From Eubacteriales bacterium (GTDB lineage: Bacteria; Bacillota; Clostridia; Oscillospirales; CAG-382): DNA of 64,000 nt. The stretch spans positions 3,434-67,433 of the forward strand of contig JAZNCU010000018.1 of assembly GCA_045587745.1 (NCBI GenBank), read 5' to 3'. Below, in pieces: positions 8,258 to 17,054 of this stretch. Every line of letters starts with the position of its first letter. The first letter of the stretch is position 1. Under the pieces are notes generated by a model. That model was not told the origin of the DNA. It ran no database searches and saw only the letters and a program-made list of their open reading frames with translations. A program made the translations under genes and the position numbers.

Positions 8258-9163
8258 ATGACAAACACTTCTTTCACGAAAATACTTGCGGTCCTCGTAT
8301 CTGCAGTTCTTATCGCAGTAAGCATTCCTTTTGCTGCTTCCGCTGCTTCCGAGGGACTTTATTTTGTGTCCAACGGTGACGGCACCTGCTACGTTGCAGG
8401 CATCGGCTCCTGTACCGATACCGCTATCGTTATTCCCGCAACCGCCCCCAACGGTGATGCTGTTGTTGCTATAGCTGACAACGCCTTCTCCGGTGAGGAT
8501 GATATCGTTTCTGTTGATTTCGGCTCTGTAACCGAGATCGGCAAGTTCGCTTTCTCGGGCTGTGCCTCGCTTGCGACTCTTGACGTTACTTCGGTAAAGA
8601 GTATCGGCGACGGTGCTTTTGAGGATTGTATCGCAATCGAGGAAATCGCACTTGGCGGCGATCTTGACGTTATCGGCATCGGTGCGTTCTACGGCTGTAC
8701 CGGCCTCGCCGAGGTTGTTATTCCCGAAAGTGTTACTGCTGTTAAGAACTTCGCCTTCTCGGATTGTACCGCTCTTGCCGGCGTTACTGTCGGCGGCAGT
8801 GTAAGCTCTATCGGCTCCTTTGCCTTCTCCGGCTGCGGCGAGCTTGTTGAGATCAACTACAACGGCGATCACAACGATTGGTCTGCTATCTCCAAGGGTG
8901 CGCTCTGGAACGATGGCACCGGCGAGTACATCGTTAACTGCACCGACGGTACCTATGGTACGGACGGCGTGTTCGTTCCTTCTGATGATACGCAGCTCGG
9001 CGATCTTAACGGCGACACCGTTATCGACCTGCTCGACCTCAGTGAGTTTGCGGTTGCACTTGCAAACAGCGAGCTTCCCGAGGCGTCTGTTGCCGACATT
9101 AACGGCGACGGTATTGTCGATCTGCTCGACTACAGCGACCTTGCGGTAAGCCTTGCCGGCTGA
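8258..9163 (+). CDS. secreted BspA-type leucine-rich-repeat protein with C-terminal type I dockerin
   Basis: Signal peptide ...PFAASA. Repeated ..I.D.AF..C..L..V.. units (IADNAFSG, IGKFAFSGC, IGDGAFEDC, IGIGAFYGC, VKNFAFSDC, IGSFAFSGC). The C-terminus has a duplicated Ca-binding segment, DLNGDTVIDLLDL ... DINGDGIVDLLDY. Confidence 0.85.
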   Translation: MTNTSFTKILAVLVSAVLIAVSIPFAASAASEGLYFVSNGDGTCYVAGIGSCTDTAIVIPATAPNGDAVVAIADNAFSGEDDIVSVDFGSVTEIGKFAFSGCASLATLDVTSVKSIGDGAFEDCIAIEEIALGGDLDVIGIGAFYGCTGLAEVVIPESVTAVKNFAFSDCTALAGVTVGGSVSSIGSFAFSGCGELVEINYNGDHNDWSAISKGALWNDGTGEYIVNCTDGTYGTDGVFVPSDDTQLGDLNGDTVIDLLDLSEFAVALANSELPEASVADINGDGIVDLLDYSDLAVSLAG

Positions 9164-9231
9164 TCGAAAGGCCGCAAAGCGAAAATCTCCTGCAAAAAGC
9201 GGTTTTCCAAAAACACATAAGCTTTCAAAAA

Positions 9232-9275
9232 ATACCCAAGTGTCCATAGTGGCACTTGGGTATTTTTGTTTTTGA
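9232..9275 (+). terminator. rho-independent terminator
   Basis: ATACCCAAGTG-(10 nt)-CACTTGGGTAT followed by TTTTGTTTTT. Confidence 0.8.
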
Positions 9276-9374
9276 GTTGTGAATCGCTATTTTTTTATTT
9301 TCATAACAAATCCATTACAAGTTTGCAGTAATATATGGTATGATAAGTATATCAGCAAAGGCGGTGAGAATAAA

Positions 9375-10022
9375 ATGGCAAAAATTCTTGTTGCGGAAGA
9401 TGAAAAGCCGATAAGGAATCTGATAATGCGCAATCTCGAGCTTACGGGACATACCTGTACGGGCGCCGGCGACGGGCTTGAGGCATCGCGCCTATTGGAA
9501 ACCGAGCAGTTTGATCTGCTTATTCTTGATATAATGATGCCAAGGCTTTCGGGATTTGAGGTGTTTGAGCTTGCAGAGGGCACACCCGTTATTTTCGTTA
9601 CGGCAAAAAACCGATTGGATGACCGCATAAAAGGGCTCAGCCTCGGAGCTGACGATTATATCGTAAAGCCGTTTGAGATACAGGAGCTTTTGTTAAGAGT
9701 CAAAGCTGTGCTCAGACGCACCTGCCGTGAGGAGCACAAGCTCGCATTTGGCGAGGTTGTTATCGACTTTTCGGCGAAAAAGGTTTTTTTAAGAGGAAGC
9801 GAGATCGTTCTTACGCCAAAAGAATATTCGCTTCTTGAAACATTGGTCTGCAATCGTAACGTAGCGTTGTCGCGCGATAAGCTGATCTCGCTGGTGTGGG
9901 GCTATGATTACGAGGGTGACAGCAGGACTGTGGACGTGCATATCCGTCAGATACGAGCCAAGCTGGAGCTAAAGGACAGACTCAAAACGCTTTATAAAAC
10001 GGGATACAGGTTCGAGCTATGA
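9375..10022 (+). CDS. OmpR-family response regulator
   Basis: MAKILVAEDE..., receiver Asp in LLILDIMMP, winged-helix tail VDVHIRQIRAKL...GYRFE. Start trimmed from 9279 to ATG 9375. Confidence 0.92.
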   Translation: MAKILVAEDEKPIRNLIMRNLELTGHTCTGAGDGLEASRLLETEQFDLLILDIMMPRLSGFEVFELAEGTPVIFVTAKNRLDDRIKGLSLGADDYIVKPFEIQELLLRVKAVLRRTCREEHKLAFGEVVIDFSAKKVFLRGSEIVLTPKEYSLLETLVCNRNVALSRDKLISLVWGYDYEGDSRTVDVHIRQIRAKLELKDRLKTLYKTGYRFEL

Positions 10023-11371
10023 AATTCAGAGAAAAAACTTATCTTGTCACCCTTGTTTTGTTTTTACTGTTCCTTAATGCAGGTGTATTTTCTCTTGCTT
10101 ATTATACCCAAAGCCGCGCCATCGTTGCCGAGGAGTCTATTTGCCATACCGAGCAAAGCCTTATAGTCAAGGCGTTTGAGCAGGATGCAGAGAACACGGG
10201 TAAGCATGGCAAAATAATGATAATGTACTCCTACGGAAGTTACTATAAGGAAAATGGTGTGTTTCTCGGTTTTACCTGCAATGATGCGTTGCAGTATAAC
10301 AGTCTGCCCGAGGGTGTTACACCGCCCGATTCGGGATATGCTTCGACGCAGCGTGTTGACGGGAAACGGTATTATGTTATGACCGAGCAGCTCAGCGACG
10401 GTTATATATTCGCCTACGCTAAGGACGTCAGCTATCTGGACGAGGACTTTAAGAGTATGTGCACCGTTTTTATTGCTGCTTCGGTCGGTGCGTCGGTGAT
10501 TCTTGCCGTGGTTTTGTTTTTTGTCCTTCGCAGACTTTCGGCTCCGCTCGAAAAGCTTAGGAAAGCGACTGCGGAGATAGCGGGCGGAAATTTCGGAGCG
10601 CGTGCTTCGGTTGCGGGAAAGGATGAGTTTTCGATGCTGGCGTCCGATGTAAACAAGATGGCAGACAAGGTGCAGGAGCAGCTCTGCAGCCTCGAGGAAA
10701 GCGCCGAGACCAAACAGATGATGCTTGATAATCTCGCACACGAGATGCGTACTCCTCTTACATCGATAAGAGGATATGCCGAATATGTAATCAACGCGAG
10801 AATCGACGAGCAGGAACGCAAAGAGGCGCTCGAGTATATAATATCCGAAGCCGAGCGTATGCGTCATATCAGCGAACGACTTTTGGACGAGGCATTTATA
10901 CGCGAAAACGGTATAAAGCCCGAGCCTACCGATTTGAGCACACTCGTCTTTAATGCCCAAAAATCGCTTATGCCCAAGGCTGTCGAAAAGGAAGTTTTGA
11001 TAAATACAACCGCCCAAAGCATTACTGTTAACTGCGATCCGCTTCTTATCGGACTGGTGATAACCAACCTTACGGACAATGCAATTAAAGCGTGTCGAAA
11101 AAACGGAAGAGTAGAGATAAATTGCCGAACCGAGGACGGGAGCGTTGTTGTTTCGGTGAGCGACAACGGAATCGGAATGTCTGCAGATCAGCTTGAGCGC
11201 ATAACCGAGCCGTTTTACCGCACCGACAAATCCCGATCGCGAAGTGACGGAGGAACGGGACTCGGGCTTTCGCTTTGCGACAAGATAATCAGAGCTCACG
11301 GCGCAAAGCTTATATTTTCGTCACTGCCCGGAAAAGGCACGAAAGCTTTTATTATTTTTACAAATCTATAA
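10019..11371 (+). CDS. sensor histidine kinase (two TM, HAMP, HisKA, HATPase_c)
   Basis: H-box LAHEMRTPLTSIRGY, N-box NLTDNAIKA, G-boxes DNGIGM and GGTGLGLS. ATGA overlap with the response regulator. Confidence 0.92.
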   Translation: MKFREKTYLVTLVLFLLFLNAGVFSLAYYTQSRAIVAEESICHTEQSLIVKAFEQDAENTGKHGKIMIMYSYGSYYKENGVFLGFTCNDALQYNSLPEGVTPPDSGYASTQRVDGKRYYVMTEQLSDGYIFAYAKDVSYLDEDFKSMCTVFIAASVGASVILAVVLFFVLRRLSAPLEKLRKATAEIAGGNFGARASVAGKDEFSMLASDVNKMADKVQEQLCSLEESAETKQMMLDNLAHEMRTPLTSIRGYAEYVINARIDEQERKEALEYIISEAERMRHISERLLDEAFIRENGIKPEPTDLSTLVFNAQKSLMPKAVEKEVLINTTAQSITVNCDPLLIGLVITNLTDNAIKACRKNGRVEINCRTEDGSVVVSVSDNGIGMSADQLERITEPFYRTDKSRSRSDGGTGLGLSLCDKIIRAHGAKLIFSSLPGKGTKAFIIFTNL

Positions 11372-11438
11372 CAACTTCCGAATAAATCCAGAACAGCGCT
11401 GTTTTAGAATCCTCTTACAGAAAGGAGGAGTGTACAAA

Positions 11439-12788
11439 ATGAAAACAAAAACACTCGCTATCACTACCGTAGCATTGATTACTGCTGCGGCGTTTATTCT
11501 CACGGCGGGTCTCTCGTTGCTCAACGGCTCGGCTGTCGGCGAGGCTCTTATTTCGAGCGAGTCGGCATTGCCCGATGCTTCCGAGGCTGTTGTTACCGAG
11601 CTGCCCGAGGTCGATCCCGATGCAGGCGTTCCCGCTGAGGATCAGCCCGAGAACGGCGTTATCGCCGATGATATGCCCATGCTCGACGCAGAGGGCATAG
11701 ACGAATCCGGCGATAATGCACAGGAGGATGGCAACGGCAGGGATGAGATCCCGGACAGAGATGCGTTTGACGGAGTTATTGCCATTGACATTTATGCTCA
11801 GAGCACCGCAGAGTATGTTGGCCAGGTAATCATCGACTCTGAGGAGGCGTATAGCCGTCTGGAGGAGCTCTTTTACGAGTATGCCGAGAACAGAACTTAC
11901 CTGTTTGACCCCAATTACGGCACGGTCTCGAGTGAACATTGGCTTCCCAAGGCAAAATACCGTATCGAGGTAATGGCAGGCTCGATTTTTGCTTATTCTT
12001 ACGGTGTTGAGAACAACACTGTTATGGAATCGCTTCAGTCGGGAGTTACCTTTGCCGGCGGTGACGAGGTTATCGCGTTCATCGACAGCCTTATAGCTGA
12101 TGAGATCGACGCTATCGAAAACGGCATCAACAAAAAGCCCAATCCGCAGAACGCTATAGTTGAAGTGGAAAAACTGCTTCAGTACTGGTGCGGCGGCTAC
12201 AATGAGGTGCTCGGTACCGATCTTCCCGCTCACGGACGCAAGACTCCCAGATTCCCCTACAAACAGGGAGCCAACGAAGAAGGCCTTTACGATATGGTGC
12301 TGGTAGACGTTTATGAGCATTCGACAGGAAAGCTGGTTGGCAGAATCGACCTCTCCACTACCAAGAACTTTAACGCAGTTCATGAGGCCGCCGACGTTTA
12401 CTTTAACGGTGCGATCAGCTCAAACGACCCTGATTACGCCGACAGGGAGCAGTGCGTGCTTCCCAACGCAGACTACAGAATCGAGATCTTCGCATTTACT
12501 GCAAATGAGTTCGGCGGATATCGCGATGGTCTTTTTCTTGCTTATTCCTACAACCTCGGCGAGGGTGCAGTGGGCGATAAATTTGAGCTTGTTCAGATCG
12601 GTATGAGCTTTAACGGCGGTGCACAGCTTACTGCGGCTCTCGATGCTCTTATCGAGGCAGGAATGCAGGATATCTCCGCAGGAAACGGTGTTATTCCCGA
12701 GATCGCCGCATCCGCATTGTCGAGATGTGAGGACTGCTGGAAGGTCAACGGACGTTATTCTGAGAGATTTCCTTATATCTCCGAATAA
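11439..12788 (+). CDS. hypothetical secreted/membrane-anchored protein with an internal tandem domain duplication
   Basis: ATG 11439 is 10 nt after AGGAGG (11423-11428). N-terminal hydrophobic segment. The two halves align (IAIDIYAQSTAEYVGQVII / MVLVDVYEHSTGKLVGRIDL; KAKYRIEV / NADYRIEI; FAGGDEVIAFIDSLI / FNGGAQLTAALDALI). Confidence 0.7.
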   Translation: MKTKTLAITTVALITAAAFILTAGLSLLNGSAVGEALISSESALPDASEAVVTELPEVDPDAGVPAEDQPENGVIADDMPMLDAEGIDESGDNAQEDGNGRDEIPDRDAFDGVIAIDIYAQSTAEYVGQVIIDSEEAYSRLEELFYEYAENRTYLFDPNYGTVSSEHWLPKAKYRIEVMAGSIFAYSYGVENNTVMESLQSGVTFAGGDEVIAFIDSLIADEIDAIENGINKKPNPQNAIVEVEKLLQYWCGGYNEVLGTDLPAHGRKTPRFPYKQGANEEGLYDMVLVDVYEHSTGKLVGRIDLSTTKNFNAVHEAADVYFNGAISSNDPDYADREQCVLPNADYRIEIFAFTANEFGGYRDGLFLAYSYNLGEGAVGDKFELVQIGMSFNGGAQLTAALDALIEAGMQDISAGNGVIPEIAASALSRCEDCWKVNGRYSERFPYISE

Positions 12789-12925
12789 TTGCAAAAACAG
12801 CATCGCACAAATGCGTGGTCCTAACAGAGAAATTCATAATTTTTCAGCTCCTGTTTATAAAAAGCAGCATCGCATTTGTGTGCACAAATTCAGTCGGGCA
12901 GTAGCCCAAAACCACCAATAATATA

Positions 12926-12965
12926 AAAGAGAAGATTCGTTTTTCACGAGTCTTCTCTTTTTTCT
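12926..12965 (+). terminator. rho-independent terminator
   Basis: AAAAGAGAAGA-(loop)-TCTTCTCTTTTTTC. Confidence 0.65.
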
Positions 12966-13084
12966 GTTATGTAATATGTCGGCTTTCGTAAGCGTAATAT
13001 TTTTGTGTTAAAAGCCTTTTTCGACTTGTTTTATGTAATGTAGGGAACATTTTGGTCCCGTTACCGGAAAACCATAATAAGTAA

Positions 13085-13672
13085 TTAACTATACACAAAG
13101 CTACACCTCACCGCAACATATTCCATAGAATAGGCATCACGGCAAAAGAGAGTCAAGTCATAATCCGCACTGATAAGCCAATTGCTATCGGCGTTTTTGG
13201 AACGGTCAACACGGCTAACGGTATAGAGAAACTGCGTTCCTGTCATATCTGTTACGATGATAACGGTTCCGTTGTCGATTTTGTCGCAAAAAGAAAATTG
13301 ATGAGAATAATCACCTCCGCCGATTACCAAGGTATGATCATAAGAACTGCCATGAAAACGAGCGGGAGAGGCAAAAAGTTGGTCGCTGTTCCATTCGTCC
13401 GCCACAGGAAGTGTAACGTTTAGGGAAGCGATTTCAAGCATTGCTACATAATCCACACCGTCAATTTCCAAGACCGGCATATTTGGATTGGAATATATTC
13501 CGGGCATTCCTGCATTTCTTTCCGACAACAGCTCATTCATTTTTACCGCAACTTCCTGACTTTTGAAAGAGCCGATATGTACACGGATTTGAAACACAAC
13601 GACCAATGCAAAACTAACGAAAATCAACGAGACTCCCAGAACAAGCAGGATCGGAAGTTTGCGCTTTTTCAT
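13085..13672 (-). CDS. sortase-family protein, divergent (Gly at the canonical catalytic His position)
   Basis: N-terminal TM helix. Sortase-like order of blocks: LEIASLNVTLPV, ARFHGS, then VIGGGDYSHQF where sortases have IAGHR/T, then DLTLFCRD (the TLxTC position, Cys kept) and EYVAVRCSFV (Arg kept). ATG 13672 overlaps the upstream stop (ATGA). Confidence 0.65.
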   Translation of the reverse strand: MKKRKLPILLVLGVSLIFVSFALVVVFQIRVHIGSFKSQEVAVKMNELLSERNAGMPGIYSNPNMPVLEIDGVDYVAMLEIASLNVTLPVADEWNSDQLFASPARFHGSSYDHTLVIGGGDYSHQFSFCDKIDNGTVIIVTDMTGTQFLYTVSRVDRSKNADSNWLISADYDLTLFCRDAYSMEYVAVRCSFVYS

Positions 13673-14598
13673 AGGCCACGCTTCCTCCTGCCGTACATGC
13701 CTGCTATGATCAGCATAATTCCGGAAATACACATTGTTAAAATCCAGGGCAGTAAGCTTGTGCTGTCTCCGGTAGGCGGGGTATCGGAAATATCCGAGTC
13801 AGAGTCATGAGTATTGATGATAGAAAACGAGCTGTTGTTCTGCTGAACCGTTACGGTATAATTATCCGAAACATCACGTTCTGCAACTGTCCACTCACTA
13901 TGGTCTTCCTCAGACACATACCATACATAAGACCAGTTGTTGCTCGCATTGAGAATTTGGCTTTCCTGTAGCGTTCCATCCTTGTAGATATCCACAGTAA
14001 TTTGATCCGGACGATCATCCTGGTTGCCTGCATCCTGCCAAAGCTTTGTCACTCTGTATTCGGTTTTGGGTACGTAATTCGCGCACTTGGGCTGGGCTTC
14101 GACAGTATAGTCAAAAGAACCGTCAAGCTGCGGGGTGGGAAGGTAAACCATAAACTGGTTAAATATATAGGTGCCGGTGTTATTTTCGGCCACTATCTCG
14201 CGAATGAGATATAATCCTGTTTCCAAATGCTCAAACGTTGCCGTTCCTGTCTCATCGGTTCTTTCCGTGCGATATGGGGCAAGTTGATTTGCAACAATAT
14301 AGGAGCTTAATGTCTCGGCGATATTATTCCACTGCTCTTGCATAGTGATATTATGAATATTGACCGGGTAGGAAGCAAACGGATCTATCAGCTCAAATGT
14401 GCCGTCCGGGAAGGCTTCGGCAACTCGGTAGATGCTGATTGGAAGATCCGAAAACACCTGTTCCTCTTTTTGATAGCACAAAGTCAAGCCGGCATCGGCC
14501 GCAGGATCCAACGGGGTTGCCGCATATGCATATAACGGGTATAACATTGCTGTGCAAAAAACAACCAAGCATATAAACCGTGCAATTTGTTTTCTCAT
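13669..14598 (-). CDS. minor/basal pilin candidate: Cna-B-type domain protein with TPPTG sorting signal
   Basis: Signal peptide ...LYAYAA. Cna-B-like block YRVTKLWQDAGNQDDRPDQITVDIYKDGT...NWSYVW. C-terminus TPPTGDSTS + TM + GRRKRGL. ATGA overlap with the sortase gene upstream. Confidence 0.75.
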   Translation of the reverse strand: MRKQIARFICLVVFCTAMLYPLYAYAATPLDPAADAGLTLCYQKEEQVFSDLPISIYRVAEAFPDGTFELIDPFASYPVNIHNITMQEQWNNIAETLSSYIVANQLAPYRTERTDETGTATFEHLETGLYLIREIVAENNTGTYIFNQFMVYLPTPQLDGSFDYTVEAQPKCANYVPKTEYRVTKLWQDAGNQDDRPDQITVDIYKDGTLQESQILNASNNWSYVWYVSEEDHSEWTVAERDVSDNYTVTVQQNNSSFSIINTHDSDSDISDTPPTGDSTSLLPWILTMCISGIMLIIAGMYGRRKRGL

Positions 14599-15428
14599 AT
14601 ATTTTCTTCCCCCAAGGATACTTTCTTTACGGGTGCAAACATAACATAAATAAGCAGTACAAAAATAATCGGAAGCGCAACAATCGGCATAACAATCAGC
14701 GGCTCGATACGATATGCTTCGTTGGCAATATATAGGTTTCGTATCTGCGTTGCATCTATCTGATGTCCGCGCACCAAAAGACGTTGTGTATTGATTCCGT
14801 AAGGCGTACAGGTCAGAAGCGTACAGTAATCCTTTCCATCCTTTATTTGAATCAGGCTTGAGTCATCGGGTTCAACAATACGTATTTGATCTACTTCGTA
14901 AGAAATTGTGCGGTCAAGGATAGTGAAATAAAAAACATCACCGATCTCCATTCTATCCAAATGCGTAAAAAGCACAGCAGTCGGAAGTCCTCGGTGTGCA
15001 GATACTACGCAGTGAGTGCTCTCGCCGCCCACCGGCAGACTGGTTCCTTGTAGGTGACCCACCGCGACGCTCAGAACACCATCCGATGTTCCGTGATAAA
15101 CGGGTAATTCCTGACTGATCTTCGGTACAGTGATGTATCCCATCATACCGGTGCCGCCAACATTGAGAATACTGTTATAATCCGGCAGTCGGTTGTGTTC
15201 AACGAGCGGCTCGCTCAGTTGTGAAAGCTCTTTGTTGTAGGCATCGGCTTCCGCAAAAATAGCGGCATAATCCTCCGGTTTGTACTGCAACAACATAGAC
15301 TCGTAGTCAACAATAGCCTCGCTTTGTGTCTTGGAATTCCAGTAGCTGCTAACAGAGGGGTATAACAGCACGGACAGACCTACGAAAAAAGAAACGAGTA
15401 GTATAATCGTCGATTTTTTACTTCTCAT
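14595..15428 (-). CDS. srtC: class C (pilus-assembly) sortase
   Basis: VVSAHRGLP (His), YCTLLTCTPYG (TLxTC Cys), QRLLVRGH (Arg), N-terminal TM and C-terminal hydrophobic anchor typical of class C. Start trimmed to ATG 15428 behind GGGAGAGG. Confidence 0.9.
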   Translation of the reverse strand: MRSKKSTIILLVSFFVGLSVLLYPSVSSYWNSKTQSEAIVDYESMLLQYKPEDYAAIFAEADAYNKELSQLSEPLVEHNRLPDYNSILNVGGTGMMGYITVPKISQELPVYHGTSDGVLSVAVGHLQGTSLPVGGESTHCVVSAHRGLPTAVLFTHLDRMEIGDVFYFTILDRTISYEVDQIRIVEPDDSSLIQIKDGKDYCTLLTCTPYGINTQRLLVRGHQIDATQIRNLYIANEAYRIEPLIVMPIVALPIIFVLLIYVMFAPVKKVSLGEENI

Positions 15429-15454
15429 AAGCCTCTCCCTAATGTTATGGATGC

Positions 15455-15481
15455 CCCGGCAGGAGCAAAGCCCCTGCCGGG
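15455..15481 (-). promoter_or_regulatory. intercistronic GC-rich stem-loop between major pilin and sortase genes
   Basis: CCCGGCAGG-(8 nt)-CCTGCCGGG perfect 9-bp stem with no T-run on the minus strand. May be a stability or attenuation element. Confidence 0.5.
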
Positions 15482-15510
15482 ATTGCATTATGTAATCAGA
15501 ACGTTTACGA

Positions 15511-16965
15511 TCAATCCTTGATCATAGCCATTCTCTTCTTGGTAACCAGCAGAACGCCGGCAGCCAGAACTACGATTGCACCGAAGGTAATGAACAGAAC
15601 GGTACCGATACCGCCGGTCTCGGGCAGCATAGAGCCGGTCTTGTTTACTACATGAACACCGGAACCGGTGGAGTAGATTTCACCATTGAAGGTTGCATCC
15701 AGATTGCCGTCGGAGATGATAAACTTCTGACGGGCACTAAGCTTATTGTAGCCGTCGGGAGCCTCGGTCTCTTCCAGATAGTAGGTGCCGTTGTCGAAAC
15801 CGACTACACGTACCTTGCCGTCCTTAACCACGATATCGATGCCGATCTCGTCAGCTCTTGCGCGGCGATAGGTAACGCCATCGTCCATCAGAACTACAGC
15901 AATCTCATTGCCATCGGTAGCAGCATCGTAAATCTTAAATTCTGCACCGTCCAGCAGAGTGTTCTGGGAGTCGGTCTTGACAATATCTATGCCGTAGGTG
16001 TAAGTGGTGACGGAGTCCTCGTTGGACTTGTGGTCTTCGCCAAAGGTCAGCCATGCGGTGTTGACGTTGCCACTGCCTGCGATAACTGCATTGCGGTTGA
16101 GCATAGCAGTATAATGAACGATGATCTTGTCATTGGTCTCCAGCTCATCGCAGAATTCCTTGGTGAAATGCACTTCGAAATCACAACCGTCGGAAGAAAC
16201 ATCCGCACCGGTCTTTACGGTGTACTTGTTCGCATCAACCGCGTGAGTATCGTTGCCGGGAACGACATGCTCAATACCGGTCACCTGCTGATAAGTCAGA
16301 CCGTCGGCCATGATATCGTGCAACACATAGTTTTCTGCACCGGCATGAACATTGACGGTTACACGGTATTCCACTGTCTGACCGATGTCAGCGCTGTTCT
16401 GGGCACCCCACTGAGCAGTGGAATCTTCCTTAACCTGCTTGTCAATAGTGGGAATGCCGTTCTTGGCATTGATGGAAGCGTCGGGGTTGGTGGTAGTCAG
16501 ACCGCAAAGGGCACCTACAGTGGAGTCCACCAAGTAGTAGCCCAGCTCCAGTTCGGAGAACTTTCCGGAGTCTGCGGTAATTACAAAGTCACCGGTATTT
16601 GCGGAGGATTTCACAGGGGCAATACTGTTGGTCTTAGCATAGGCCAGAGCCAGTTTTGCAAACGCTGCTTTGGTATCATCGTCTTCTGACGAAGTCCAAG
16701 TAACGTAGCCATCTGCATCGGTAGACATATACGCCTTGGCATCGTCGGTAGCAAAGAACGCTGCCCAAGCGGCATTTGCCTTGTAGGAGTATGCGCCTGC
16801 AGCTACATCGTAGCTTTCAAGATCCAACAGCTTGTAGATTGCGTAGGTGCTGTCTGAGTTGACACCGTTAATGGTAATGGAGCCGGTTTCTCCTGCCGCC
16901 AAAACCGTAACGGAAAGAGATGCGATCAGCATCAGTGCGAGGATCAAAGAGATGATCTTTTTCAT
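15511..16965 (-). CDS. major pilin (SpaA/FimA-like backbone subunit), LPETG
   Basis: Signal peptide, GSITINGV...YAIYKLL start typical of Gram-positive pilins, E-box-like GTYYLEETEAPDGY, C-terminal LPETGG + TM + KKR. Confidence 0.85.
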   Translation of the reverse strand: MKKIISLILALMLIASLSVTVLAAGETGSITINGVNSDSTYAIYKLLDLESYDVAAGAYSYKANAAWAAFFATDDAKAYMSTDADGYVTWTSSEDDDTKAAFAKLALAYAKTNSIAPVKSSANTGDFVITADSGKFSELELGYYLVDSTVGALCGLTTTNPDASINAKNGIPTIDKQVKEDSTAQWGAQNSADIGQTVEYRVTVNVHAGAENYVLHDIMADGLTYQQVTGIEHVVPGNDTHAVDANKYTVKTGADVSSDGCDFEVHFTKEFCDELETNDKIIVHYTAMLNRNAVIAGSGNVNTAWLTFGEDHKSNEDSVTTYTYGIDIVKTDSQNTLLDGAEFKIYDAATDGNEIAVVLMDDGVTYRRARADEIGIDIVVKDGKVRVVGFDNGTYYLEETEAPDGYNKLSARQKFIISDGNLDATFNGEIYSTGSGVHVVNKTGSMLPETGGIGTVLFITFGAIVVLAAGVLLVTKKRMAMIKD

Positions 16966-17054
16966 AATACTTTTTTCCTTTCAAAAAAATTATTTTTGTT
17001 TTGTTTATGGGAGGAATCAGATTCACGGCGCAACAATTGCCGCGATAAGAAGGC

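Noticed and set aside
8210-9247. 345-aa minus-strand ORF overlapping the LRR-dockerin gene; similar long antisense ORFs at 10064..11299, 15652..16689, 17190..18497, 18585..19721, 26126..26923, 32705..33757, 41005..42447, 44409..45278 and 57155..57766
   Set aside because: Each lies opposite a gene with clear family motifs, an RBS and a signal peptide. The antisense translations are Arg/Gly/Cys/His-rich with no motifs or RBS. They are typical shadow ORFs of GC-biased codon usage.
12800-13084. Short direct repeat TTATGTAAT (12966 and 13035) and complementary CGCACAAATGCG / CGCATTTGTGTGC segments as a possible left att site of the pilus block
   Set aside because: The repeats are only 9-12 bp and imperfect, and they are unrelated to the tRNA-Leu 18-mer. 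They are indistinguishable from chance in AT-rich intergenic DNA.
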